DNA from: a virus
DNA length: 64,000 nt
IMG/VR virus record: IMGVR_UViG_3300030012_002828
Location: 1 to 64,000 of that record
Strand: one strand, 5' to 3'
The notes under the pieces were generated by a model. That model made no database searches, was not told the DNA's origin, and saw only the letters and a program-made list of their open reading frames with translations. Shown piece after piece: positions 37,501 through 46,707 of this stretch (position 1 is the stretch's first letter; every line of letters begins with the position of its first letter). Position numbers and translations under genes: made by a program.

Positions 37501-37565
37501 GGTATGAATTTTTTAAAGAAATTAAAAATAGAATAAATGTATTAGTGGGGGCAGTTAGACAATGA
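34509..37565 (+). CDS. Large hypothetical protein (1018 aa) in the head-neck region
   Basis: Helical, with an acidic coiled stretch; no motif recognised. Confidence 0.7.
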   Translation: MTESTEVPPFRGVFDEMGTLWNVESALNFFYQFLIPQGDMHTNKQKRVRAGLLRWMLTSRNWEERYKEDIDFNKATFDRINKQAIEILLDTSLGELNQNRYYASVEDGVYTPKTFTDKTHTQTNKDGSTVKITFNYGKNLGANPSGLETYDKEEYTKYRNMLITSKNELNALKVDRDFTKGATKAAFTVKINNQKEAIEEVERMLEGVKKPSYDDNIKLKEVLNNSPSVEKFYSLYSMNPETYEQKVALGLLIESVHKNINAEEFKQYEKTFGSYQDFVQLIEDKEAEYLKITQIPFAISQTMTGILKQEEETNIKADIKKLINTEKREKGKVITPSLIQLLDSIKYPIKVGEDVSLEDKSAVTNYITDNLKNDTSGAIRLIERITTNWFKTNIDPLLNIQSKVTFETVSSRPAEREDVSRQPVKMSKDTIEEFLLDNVVDPENVYISGNRITAKKRKGEDRARIDEVNLGYTDTTKTKFKMQIRFENQEMDFESGYAKTIGAASRNVISSELNYLRKFNTKGTVVINYSGNINQNLVKKLPGLNADYQWKIIRDIMNSYITTKKSSFEEKVEAAIKKNVTRGMLADLEVVIELIDEVDKIQKESIGQDLINLENHSTTYFLNDGLFKFNLNEFRDKIREDSKKQSKNLTKQLSYVSKNLNKILEFAEDNEQEIQEAFEMLEEDDSKEAAKERARIELERISESQELQEARELAEREKEEEAAGEEGEGLLAQALTEETFDEYEDEETGLTIKEIKNLQLLNTIKEVNDNSRRFVALYENIRLLVRSINRINKVKESNIVTEEFKRLLDEWAELVSFDSGKIQRLKELLGTIDEEKDDKGNFKNPQQDIKNKVRDYKLQMEEHWNSVKTMEEFQKLSAGDMVRLVNELDLRKALSEDLHKDKSFNNARLGQVKASSRNLEIQIDYAKKKLLLKGKIDWQSDAESYVGYRTAGTESYNPLKNTQGMAVDQARKLRGRKVTGTGRIQSRGLTGTNFNDLRYEFFKEIKNRINVLVGAVRQ

Positions 37566-38653
37566 GTATTATAAGACCATCAGATACAGCAATAAATTCA
37601 CTTAGTTATGATTCGGGTGTAGGTCATTATACTGATATGACAAAAATTTGTGATTTATTAGGTATTGCACCATTTACAATAGATACTATTCCTACACTTG
37701 CTAATATTGGTGAATTAATAAGATATGCAGAAGATTATATTGATGAATATACAAAACAATCTTGGCGACCATCTATCGTAGAAAATGAAATGAAAGACTT
37801 TGATTTAGATTTTCATAGAATGTATAGATATACTAATCATAGATATACCGATTATGTTGGTGCTATTAGATTAAATAGAGAAGATGTGAGAAAGGTTGTA
37901 AGACTATGTGCTTGGAAGGGTGATATTTGGGAAGAGTTAGCGGGTGCTACTTGTAAAATTAATATTACTGATTATACTAATATTACTAATATTGTACTAA
38001 GGTTACCCAATAATGGTGAAATATTTACATTAGAACCACATACAACAAATAATACTTTTAACAATACATATGGAAATGTAACTACTGCTCAAGAAATTGT
38101 TTATTTAATTAATGAACAAGTTCCATCTAATACAAGAGATTTTACAGGACAGGATGGAAAGAAAACATTTACAGGTACAGCAGGTAATGGTATTAGTAAG
38201 TTTTTTTATGCTTCTTTAGAAGATGATAATTCAATTGTAGTTTCATCTTTATTACCTTCAGATGATGGTAAGGACTGTACCATTACAGTTAGTGGAACAG
38301 GTATTACAAAAGAAGATTTCAAAGACAATGAAAATGTTGGAAGAGATAATGATTGGTGGATAGATAATCAAACAGGTACTGTTTTCTTTAAGAGTACTTA
38401 TCCTCTTCAAGTTAAACATTCTTTAAAGTGTACATATAAAACAGGTAAGCAAACTGTTCCGGCACTAATTACAGAAGCCGCTACAAAATTAGTTTGTTGT
38501 GAATTAATGTCTTCAGATGATAATACTATTCTATTAGGTGAAAATAATAATTCAGGTTTAGATATTAAAACTAAGTTTGATACATATAGAGCCGATGTTG
38601 AAAAGATTTTAAAGATGAAAAAGCGTTTAATATATTTAATAGATAGTGATTGA
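37562..38653 (+). CDS. Head-tail adaptor/neck protein with an inserted domain
   Basis: LIRYAEDYIDEYT..W near the N-terminus and Y..G..VPALITEAATKLV near the C-terminus, as in gp6/gp15-like adaptors. Confidence 0.7.
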   Translation: MSIIRPSDTAINSLSYDSGVGHYTDMTKICDLLGIAPFTIDTIPTLANIGELIRYAEDYIDEYTKQSWRPSIVENEMKDFDLDFHRMYRYTNHRYTDYVGAIRLNREDVRKVVRLCAWKGDIWEELAGATCKINITDYTNITNIVLRLPNNGEIFTLEPHTTNNTFNNTYGNVTTAQEIVYLINEQVPSNTRDFTGQDGKKTFTGTAGNGISKFFYASLEDDNSIVVSSLLPSDDGKDCTITVSGTGITKEDFKDNENVGRDNDWWIDNQTGTVFFKSTYPLQVKHSLKCTYKTGKQTVPALITEAATKLVCCELMSSDDNTILLGENNNSGLDIKTKFDTYRADVEKILKMKKRLIYLIDSD

Positions 38654-38873
38654 TATGGTGTTTACAAAAGAGCAGGCAAGAAAGGTTCAATTAGTAATTG
38701 ATTCTATACCTACTCAAGTAAATAAAATAATACAAGATAATATGAATCTTCAAGAAATAACTAAAGAGTATTTAGGAGAATCAATGTCTGATGAAATTCT
38801 TAAAAAAATAATAAAAGAACAAATTGAAAAAGAAGTTTTTGAAAAAGTAGTAGGTGTTATGTTTGGTGAGTGA
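38646..38873 (+). CDS. Small hypothetical neck-region protein
   Basis: ORF track; overlaps both neighbours. Confidence 0.55.
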   Translation: MIDMVFTKEQARKVQLVIDSIPTQVNKIIQDNMNLQEITKEYLGESMSDEILKKIIKEQIEKEVFEKVVGVMFGE

Positions 38874-39486
38874 ATCTGGTTACCTTGTAGATTTATTAGA
38901 TTCTAATTGGAACGATGCTATTACAGCATTAAATACTTCTAATGGTAATGGAACACTATTAGATGTTCATGCAGTACACCCTATTATTATGTCTATGTCA
39001 GATTTTTCAACAGGAAGAACAGTAGATGCACAAGGTAGGTCAAGAGGTGGTAATAGAATTAATACTGCAAGTAAAAAAGAATCTACAAATGCTGATGGTT
39101 TTATTTATTCAAAAGATATTATAGTTATATCTACAACAAGTACTTCTATTGAATATCCTACATATGCTTATGATATTAGAAATGAAACATTTACAATGTC
39201 TGTTAGTATTAGAACAAGACAAGACGATAGAATACTAAATGATAATACAAGAGTTAATCCTACAAGTAATTTTGGTAAGGAAAGAATCCGTAGCCTTTAT
39301 TTACTTGTACGATATATACTCGAACAAAGGAGAAGAGGTTGGTTTAAAACAGGTTCTGAAATTTATGAAAATATTAGTTTGATAACTGTACAAGATAGAA
39401 CGGACTCAAATGATAAAAAGAATAGAATTTTTGGTTATAAAATAAATGTTGTTATGAAAAAATTAGCAATCCCCGTAGGTTGTTAA
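38854..39486 (+). CDS. Putative tail terminator/completion protein
   Basis: Directly before the tail tube gene; alpha/beta pattern. Confidence 0.5.
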   Translation: MLCLVSESGYLVDLLDSNWNDAITALNTSNGNGTLLDVHAVHPIIMSMSDFSTGRTVDAQGRSRGGNRINTASKKESTNADGFIYSKDIIVISTTSTSIEYPTYAYDIRNETFTMSVSIRTRQDDRILNDNTRVNPTSNFGKERIRSLYLLVRYILEQRRRGWFKTGSEIYENISLITVQDRTDSNDKKNRIFGYKINVVMKKLAIPVGC

Positions 39487-39514
39487 AAAGTAAGTAAATA
39501 AACGGTGAAGAAAA

Positions 39515-42025
39515 ATGAACAATACAGAAACATGGATGGGGTCAGGACAATCGGTAACTTTAGCACCCGAAAGCGAATTATTTTTAGGATATTCGCCTTA
39601 TGGCCCGACTTTTGGTAGATATGGAACGAGCAAAGCACATTTAATTAAATATTCTTTAGGATATGGAACAGAACAAGATAATACAGAAGTTGGCGCAAAT
39701 CATGGAATGACGCTTTCTGTACAAATAAATGGTGCAACTCCTGATGATGGAGATACTACACTTACTATTTTTAATGCAGGGCATAATTTACAAGTAGGAA
39801 TGTCAATATCAGGTACTAATATTCCAGCAGGTACAACAATAACAGCAATTAATAGTACAACTGAAATTGTCATAAGTCAAGCACCGACTACTAATTTAGC
39901 AAATGCCGAAACTTTGCAGGTTGCTCAAAATACACATTTTACAGATTACTATCATTTAGTACCGGATTTGTATACAGGTTGTACTGCTAAATTTTTCTAT
40001 ACCGATACAAGTACTGCTGAACCAACATATAGATTTTCAGCAGTAGTAGCAGGTAATGATGCTGATGCAATTTATTTTTCAGGTAATTTATTAGATTATC
40101 CTGTATTAAATAGTGATTTTAGTGGCGATTTAAAAAGAGGATATATTATATTAGAGGCTAATGGTTCTACTATCCCTGCACCAATATCTTTAGAAAATAG
40201 AGGTGCTTGTACTGCAATTACTGTTGGGCCGAGTGTTGGAGATAATGATGAATCTATTGTTGGTGCAGAAGGTATTTTTAGTTCATTAAAATTAGATGAT
40301 ATAATTACTTCTTCAACGGGAATACAAATTGGTAAGGTTTGGACTTATAGAAATGATGATACGGCTTCTGTATTTAGACAAGATGGTACTGGTGATGGAA
40401 CACATATTCATACAATGTCAGCAAAATTAGCAACAGTTAAAAGTATTTCAGGTTCATCAACTTTTAGAACTATTGTTCTTGAAAATATAGTAAATACATC
40501 TTCTACCACAACAAAAACTGATTTATCAGGTATTTTTACTGCTGGGGATATAATTTCTTCAATAAATACAGATAATCAAGATATTGCTATTGCAAGAGGA
40601 ATTATTGTTGGTCAAGCCTCAGATGGATTAACATGGTTAATAAGACCAATTGTTGCACCATTAGCAAATGACCATGTTTATTGGGGAAGAGAGGTAAGTG
40701 AATTAGTTGGAGGTGTTACTTCAGTACATACTGTTTCACCAAGAGTATTATCTAACAATTGGATAGGTTTAACAAATTCAGTAGGAATACCTCAAGTTGA
40801 ACAAGAAACAAAGCAAATGAATATGTCTTTAGCAGGTAGTAGAAATTACTCATATCAATATAGAGGAATGGAAACAGCAGGGTCAGCAAGTATAGATGTT
40901 AATCTAAATCATGGTTCATGGTTGTTTTATGCTTTTGGTGGATTAAATTCAGTATCTTTTACCCATACAGATAAAACTCAAACCAATGCTTTTGAATGTG
41001 TTGATGCTTCATCATCTGCTCATAAAACTTATGCAGGTTTTAGTACTGATGCTGATAGAAATACAACAGGTCATACTTCTAACGGTAAATTTCATAGAGT
41101 TTTAGCAGGTTCTAAATCTCTTTGTCCACCACTATTACCAAATACAGGTGCAGGTTTATTGACTCTTCCAAGTGAATCAGGTGGTACTTTACAACATGGA
41201 ATTACTTATACTTTTAATGAAAGAAATGATAACAAACTACCTTCTTTTAGTTTAGAGTTATTAGTGCAGAAAGGTTCTGTGCTTGATGGAACAAACCGTT
41301 CTTTAATGGTTGATAGAAATACATATAGTGAAAATGTATATGCACAAATTTATCCCGGCTGTGTAGTAAGTGATATGCAATTAACAGCAAATGAAAATGA
41401 AGAAGTTAAGTCTACTTTAAATCTTAATGTTAAGAGAGTGTTTGAAGCAGAAGGTGGATATGTAGGTAAGTGTTATGATTCAACAAATAACGATACTACG
41501 GAATTTAAAAATCTACTAAACTTTGGACAACAAACAGGAAATAATACAAATATTGTACAGTCTTTCGTAGACCCATTCTTTTTCTCTAATGGTAGCATAA
41601 GTCTATTTGGTCAAGAATTTTTGAAGGTTACATCATTTACAATGAACTTGCAAAATGGTCTTCAAGATAAAAGATATATAGGACAGTATAACAAACAAAT
41701 TAAATCCTATGTTACAGGTCAAAGAACATATGAAATTAGCATACAAGCATTAGTATCAGATAGAAGAATATTTGATGAATTAAGAAGGCAAAGTCCTCAT
41801 AGATTTGTGCTAAACGAAACAGCAGATGGTTCAAATGCTAAAATTGTATTGCAGTTTGTGAAACCAAATGGAGAACAAATAACATTAGAATTTGATGATT
41901 ATCTTATTAGTGCCGCAACATGGCCTATACAAGATGATAGAGGCCCAGTTCAAGTTGATTTTACTATTATGCCTCTTAGAGTAGGAACATTGAATGCTAC
42001 TACCCATTGGGTTATGCAATCTTGA
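39515..42025 (+). CDS. Major tail tube protein with large inserted beta-rich domains
   Basis: C-terminal tube-like motifs LPSFSLE, YPGCVVS, PFFFSNGSI..VTSFTMNLQN, GQRTYEI; precedes chaperone and TMP. Confidence 0.75.
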   Translation: MNNTETWMGSGQSVTLAPESELFLGYSPYGPTFGRYGTSKAHLIKYSLGYGTEQDNTEVGANHGMTLSVQINGATPDDGDTTLTIFNAGHNLQVGMSISGTNIPAGTTITAINSTTEIVISQAPTTNLANAETLQVAQNTHFTDYYHLVPDLYTGCTAKFFYTDTSTAEPTYRFSAVVAGNDADAIYFSGNLLDYPVLNSDFSGDLKRGYIILEANGSTIPAPISLENRGACTAITVGPSVGDNDESIVGAEGIFSSLKLDDIITSSTGIQIGKVWTYRNDDTASVFRQDGTGDGTHIHTMSAKLATVKSISGSSTFRTIVLENIVNTSSTTTKTDLSGIFTAGDIISSINTDNQDIAIARGIIVGQASDGLTWLIRPIVAPLANDHVYWGREVSELVGGVTSVHTVSPRVLSNNWIGLTNSVGIPQVEQETKQMNMSLAGSRNYSYQYRGMETAGSASIDVNLNHGSWLFYAFGGLNSVSFTHTDKTQTNAFECVDASSSAHKTYAGFSTDADRNTTGHTSNGKFHRVLAGSKSLCPPLLPNTGAGLLTLPSESGGTLQHGITYTFNERNDNKLPSFSLELLVQKGSVLDGTNRSLMVDRNTYSENVYAQIYPGCVVSDMQLTANENEEVKSTLNLNVKRVFEAEGGYVGKCYDSTNNDTTEFKNLLNFGQQTGNNTNIVQSFVDPFFFSNGSISLFGQEFLKVTSFTMNLQNGLQDKRYIGQYNKQIKSYVTGQRTYEISIQALVSDRRIFDELRRQSPHRFVLNETADGSNAKIVLQFVKPNGEQITLEFDDYLISAATWPIQDDRGPVQVDFTIMPLRVGTLNATTHWVMQS

Positions 42026-42061
42026 TTCGAGTAAAATTGACGGTGAAAATTATGAAAAAAG

Positions 42062-42451
42062 GTGAATATTATGGAACAAAAGAAAATTATAACAGAAAAA
42101 GGTAAATTATTAACAAGAATAGAAAGCGTATTACATTATGTAAGAATAGACCCTGATGAAGAAGAATATATGAAAGTGTGGGTAAAAGAGCCTACATTCT
42201 TCCAATTAGAGCAAGCGCAAATGAAACTATTTAATGTTAATATGCAACAACAAGATGTATCATTTGATATGACTGAAGTTTATAGATACTTATTTGAAGC
42301 ATTTGTAGAAAAGACTGAACCCTCTCTAAGTCCTATTGATTTATTGAGAATTAATCCTTATGTTGGACAGCAAATTAAGGCTATCCTACCCGACCCTTTT
42401 AGTGTCGTAGAGGTTGATGGTAATTTAAAAGCGAATTCAGAAGGGCAGTAA
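42062..42451 (+). CDS. Tail assembly chaperone (gpG-like)
   Basis: Between tube and TMP; slippery site near the 3' end. Confidence 0.75.
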   Translation: MNIMEQKKIITEKGKLLTRIESVLHYVRIDPDEEEYMKVWVKEPTFFQLEQAQMKLFNVNMQQQDVSFDMTEVYRYLFEAFVEKTEPSLSPIDLLRINPYVGQQIKAILPDPFSVVEVDGNLKANSEGQ

Positions 42452-42645
42452 GAACAGGCAAAATAGATAATCCAAGAATAGCACACGCATTAACATATTA
42501 TACTTTATCTAAAGAATTAAATATAACTCCTGATGTTGCTATGAATTTACCTATGAGTATAATTACTGACCTTTTAATGGTACACGGAGAAATTGAACAA
42601 TTAAAAATGGATGAATTAAATAAACATAAAGGTGGTCTAAAGTAA
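42424..42645 (+). CDS. -1 frameshift extension of the tail chaperone (gpGT-like)
   Basis: T TTA AAA at 42424-42430. The -1 frame is open for 73 codons (..KSEFRRAVRTGKIDNPRIAHALTYYTLSKELNITPDVAMNLP..) to a TAA overlapping the TMP ATG. Confidence 0.8.
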   Translation, partial: FKSEFRRAVRTGKIDNPRIAHALTYYTLSKELNITPDVAMNLPMSIITDLLMVHGEIEQLKMDELNKHKGGLK

Positions 42646-44606
42646 TGGCAGAAAGGTATGTTAAGGTTACAGAAGATATGGCTTCTAACCTTGACAAAGT
42701 TTCACAGTCATTAAAAGATATTGGTAAATTAGAAACATCCGTACTTCAAGGCTTTGTTGAAATAACTAAAAGTAGTACAGCAACAGGACAAGCGTGGACA
42801 GGTATTGCTCGTTTCTTTTCAGGTACAGGATTTTGGCAGGTACAAAATAAAGTAAAAGCAATTGCTAATCTCTTACAATTTCAACAAAAACTTACAGAAA
42901 AAAAGATACAGCAAGAAGAAGAACTAACTTCTCAAGTTGCAAAAACTGATAAAAATCTTCAAACTGTATTAGAAACACAAACAGCACTTCAGGGTATTTT
43001 AGATAGAACAACATCTTTAGAAGATAGAAAAGCAATATTAAATTCTAAATATTTTAAAGTATTACAGAAAAGATACGGAACAAGACAGGCAGTTTTTAAA
43101 TTATTAGAAAGAACAAATAAAGCAGAAAAAAAGGCTAAAGAATTTAATGATGCTTTGAATAAAGGTAAAGCAAAAGAAATTAGAAGTCAGTTTAGAAAAT
43201 TAGAACTGATGGAAGATGAAATAGGTTATTTAAATTCAAGAAGTGTTTTAAGTAAAGAAGAAGAAGAAAGAAGAGATAACTTAGTAAAATTAGTAAAGGA
43301 TTATAATTCAGGTCTTGTACTTTCAAAAGATAATATAATACAAATGAATAACGAACAATTAACTTTGGCTTCACAAATGCAAGATTACCAACAGGAATAT
43401 TTTATAGCAAATGATAGGTATAGAGAATTGGTAGCCTCGATTGCTTCAGAAACAGATGAAAAAGAAAAAGAAAGATTATTAAAAGTTAAAAAAGAATTAG
43501 ATGAAGAAAAGCAAAGAATACGAAAAGAGCAAAAAGACTTAGAAGATAAGTTGGGTGCAGAAGGAATTACAGTAAATAAAATAGGAAAAGATGTAAAAGG
43601 TTTTGATTCATCAGGTGCTAAAAAACCAAAAGGTATGTTAGGATATTTAGAAAAAATGGCTGAAGGTACAGTAATAGAAAAATTATTTAACGCTTGGCAT
43701 AAAAAACATTTGATAACATTATTTTTGTGGAGAAAGAAAAATAGTTTTTTAAGTTTGTTTAGAAATCCCGCACGATTAGGAAGGCAAATAGGAATGTTTT
43801 TAGGAAAAGCAATTACTTTCTTTATATCCTTTATGGTAATAGGTTTTCTTTTAATAGCATTTTTAGTAACACTAAAAAGTTTAGGAATTTTTGATTATAT
43901 AGTTTTTATAGCCAAAGAAATATTTAGAATAGGAAAAGTAGTAATGAGTGTTTTAGGAAAGGTATTTGCTGTATTTGCTGTATTTATTACAGACTTAGTT
44001 CAATTTATTTCTGATTTATTTTCATCTGATGGTAATTTTGTAAAATCTGGTGGGAAATTAATTATGTCGGGATTGGCAGTAGTCGGAACTATTCTTATGG
44101 GTGTTTTAGAAATTCTTGGGGCTACAATTTGGTCATTATTAAAACTTACATTTGGTATTTTCTATGCAGGTTTTAAAGAACAAGGAGGCAAATTTGTTCT
44201 TAAATTAATTGGATTTGGTTTAGTATTATTTGGTATGTGGAAAGTTACATCATTTTTAATTGCGGCCGCAACTTCAAACGGATTTGTTATAGCAATAGGT
44301 ATATTATTAGCAGGTATTATGAGTTTATTTTCTAATATTCCGGGAATGGCTGAGGGAGGAATTGCAACAGGCGGTTTAACAATGGTGGGAGAAAAAGGCC
44401 CAGAATTAGTTAATTTGCCAAGTGGTTCAAGAGTTTATAGTAACCAAGAATCAAGAGGAATTGCGGGTACAACAAATAATATTACTGTAAATGTACAAGG
44501 TAGAGTAGGTGCATCAGACGCAGAATTAAGAGATATAGCAAATAAGGTTGGAAGGCTTATATCATTAGAAGTTAATAGAACAACATCATCGGGTACAAGG
44601 ATTTGA
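42645..44606 (+). CDS. Tape measure protein
   Basis: Coiled-coil N-half, hydrophobic helices, C-terminal MAEGG..VGEKGPELV motif. Confidence 0.88.
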   Translation: MAERYVKVTEDMASNLDKVSQSLKDIGKLETSVLQGFVEITKSSTATGQAWTGIARFFSGTGFWQVQNKVKAIANLLQFQQKLTEKKIQQEEELTSQVAKTDKNLQTVLETQTALQGILDRTTSLEDRKAILNSKYFKVLQKRYGTRQAVFKLLERTNKAEKKAKEFNDALNKGKAKEIRSQFRKLELMEDEIGYLNSRSVLSKEEEERRDNLVKLVKDYNSGLVLSKDNIIQMNNEQLTLASQMQDYQQEYFIANDRYRELVASIASETDEKEKERLLKVKKELDEEKQRIRKEQKDLEDKLGAEGITVNKIGKDVKGFDSSGAKKPKGMLGYLEKMAEGTVIEKLFNAWHKKHLITLFLWRKKNSFLSLFRNPARLGRQIGMFLGKAITFFISFMVIGFLLIAFLVTLKSLGIFDYIVFIAKEIFRIGKVVMSVLGKVFAVFAVFITDLVQFISDLFSSDGNFVKSGGKLIMSGLAVVGTILMGVLEILGATIWSLLKLTFGIFYAGFKEQGGKFVLKLIGFGLVLFGMWKVTSFLIAAATSNGFVIAIGILLAGIMSLFSNIPGMAEGGIATGGLTMVGEKGPELVNLPSGSRVYSNQESRGIAGTTNNITVNVQGRVGASDAELRDIANKVGRLISLEVNRTTSSGTRI

Positions 44607-44610
44607 TATT

Positions 44611-45621
44611 ATGACACAGACAGGGAGTATTAGTTTAACAATAAATAATAATGTAATTACAAGAGCCACAGGTAGTTTTATTTCTGATGGTTTTCAGGTT
44701 GGTGATACTATTACTTTATTTCAATCAAGTAATAATACAGGAACATACTCTATTAGATTAATTGATGCTACTACTATAACTACTGTTGAAAATATAACAG
44801 ACGAATCTTCTTTTACAGGTGTAGTATTAACAAGCGGAGAAAAACTATGGAATAATAGTGCTATAAATTATAATATTACAAGTGATAACACATCAAGTAT
44901 TCAACATTTTGTTTTTCTAAATTTAGGCGCAAGAGATGGTAAAGGTTTAACTGAAGAGTTTTTTGCAACTAATAGAATAGGATTAAAAGCAGATTCGGTT
45001 GGAATTACCACTTCTAAAACTGTGCCTACTGTTCCAATTCCGGGTGTTGCTGCTATTACAGGAGAAGCACAAAGTTTAGCATTAGACTTAGGTATGGCTT
45101 CAAAATCAATAAATATATCGGGTACTATAACAGACCAATTTATTACTAAGGAATTTAAGAAAACAACAGGTTTAGAAAAGAATCCTTCTGTATATATGAC
45201 AGCCTTTGAAATAGCACAATTAATTCATTCACATGCAGATTCTTCCGGCCTACAAAAATATCAAACAATGAATGAAATAGTTATTCTTATGCCTTCAAGA
45301 GTAGATGGTAGATATAATTATCATAGTTCACTTGCTGAAGCACAAGTAAGTAATCCAACAGAATTTACAAGTATAGAAGATTTACCCCTAATACCTTTTA
45401 ATTATAAAGTTAGGTCACAAGATAATAGGGGTAGTATCTATCAATTTTATCCTGATACTGAAGATGGAAAACCATTTACTAACTTTCCTTCTCCTATTCA
45501 TGCCGGTTCAAAAATAAAAGGCGTTAAAGGATTTATAAGAAGTTTTAATAGTTCTATTACTGCGGGTTTGCCTTACATTACTTTTACTCTTGATTTTGAG
45601 GTAGCAGCAATTATAGGGTGA
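44611..45621 (+). CDS. Putative distal tail protein
   Basis: Directly after the TMP; beta-rich, ending GFIRSF..FTLDFEV. Confidence 0.55.
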   Translation: MTQTGSISLTINNNVITRATGSFISDGFQVGDTITLFQSSNNTGTYSIRLIDATTITTVENITDESSFTGVVLTSGEKLWNNSAINYNITSDNTSSIQHFVFLNLGARDGKGLTEEFFATNRIGLKADSVGITTSKTVPTVPIPGVAAITGEAQSLALDLGMASKSINISGTITDQFITKEFKKTTGLEKNPSVYMTAFEIAQLIHSHADSSGLQKYQTMNEIVILMPSRVDGRYNYHSSLAEAQVSNPTEFTSIEDLPLIPFNYKVRSQDNRGSIYQFYPDTEDGKPFTNFPSPIHAGSKIKGVKGFIRSFNSSITAGLPYITFTLDFEVAAIIG

Positions 45622-45627
45622 TAATAT

Positions 45628-46707
45628 ATGGTTAATTATAATACATACATTGGTAATAAGAAATCTTTAAAATTTCCTGTTATGTCTGATGGTTATGTAT
45701 CAATTCCTTATAATAAAAATGTAGCAACTACACCCTATGGTATTTGGGAAATTTCTGATTCCTTTACAATACAGGCAATTATAACACCATATGATTGTAA
45801 TGGAAATATAAGAGATACTGTTTTAGACTCAGAAAAAACTATATCTGCTTCACCAACTTCAAGCAATCAAAGTAATCATTACTTAAATAATAATCTTAGA
45901 CTTAAACATAAAATGGTTTTATTTCAATCAGAAAATGTAGAGTTGTTTTTACAGAATAATACTGTGAATAATGCCAATAACCCTGCTCATTATAGTCTTG
46001 GTATGAGGGTTAAAATTACAAACGACGATACTATATTTACAAATAATTTAATTATACCTATTAGTAATCATACTAATTTAGATGACACCGATGATATGTA
46101 TGACGGATTTCAAAAAATTAGAAGTAGAAGATTTGGGGGTTCAGGTTTAGCAACTTCAAGTAATTCTTATGATACCTTTTTACCTGTCAGTAGCACTTTA
46201 GCCCTTAATCAATTTATAATAGGTGATTTATTATATGATATTAATAATACATTAATAGGAGAAATTAAGCAAATAGATACATCAGGTACAAAAGGATTAC
46301 ATCTTAGTGGTGTTTATGATGTAACTCCTTATAATAATAGTAACTTTGAAATTTATGTAGACCCTGATAAAGAACCTGTATATGTATTAGGGAATTATCA
46401 TATTGCTGCTTCATTTAATAACGCATCGGGTACAATGAGTTTATATTTGAACGGTGTTTTAGTTAATTCAAAACAACACATTGATAGAAAAAATAATATA
46501 ATAACTGACTTTAATTTTGCAGACGGTGATATTTATATTGGGCAAAACCCTGATGCTACTGTACCAAGACAAACACAATTTATGGGAGAAATACATGAGT
46601 TATCAGTTAATGACGATTTAATCACAGACTTTCCATCTCTCTATACACTATTTCCACAAAGAAGAACACTTAAACTATATTTAACATTTGAAGAAGGTGA
46701 TAATTAA
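45628..46707 (+). CDS. Tail protein with LamG/concanavalin A-like domain
   Basis: YHIAASFN..MSLYLNGVLV..IYIGQ..FMGEIHEL. Confidence 0.75.
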   Translation: MVNYNTYIGNKKSLKFPVMSDGYVSIPYNKNVATTPYGIWEISDSFTIQAIITPYDCNGNIRDTVLDSEKTISASPTSSNQSNHYLNNNLRLKHKMVLFQSENVELFLQNNTVNNANNPAHYSLGMRVKITNDDTIFTNNLIIPISNHTNLDDTDDMYDGFQKIRSRRFGGSGLATSSNSYDTFLPVSSTLALNQFIIGDLLYDINNTLIGEIKQIDTSGTKGLHLSGVYDVTPYNNSNFEIYVDPDKEPVYVLGNYHIAASFNNASGTMSLYLNGVLVNSKQHIDRKNNIITDFNFADGDIYIGQNPDATVPRQTQFMGEIHELSVNDDLITDFPSLYTLFPQRRTLKLYLTFEEGDN

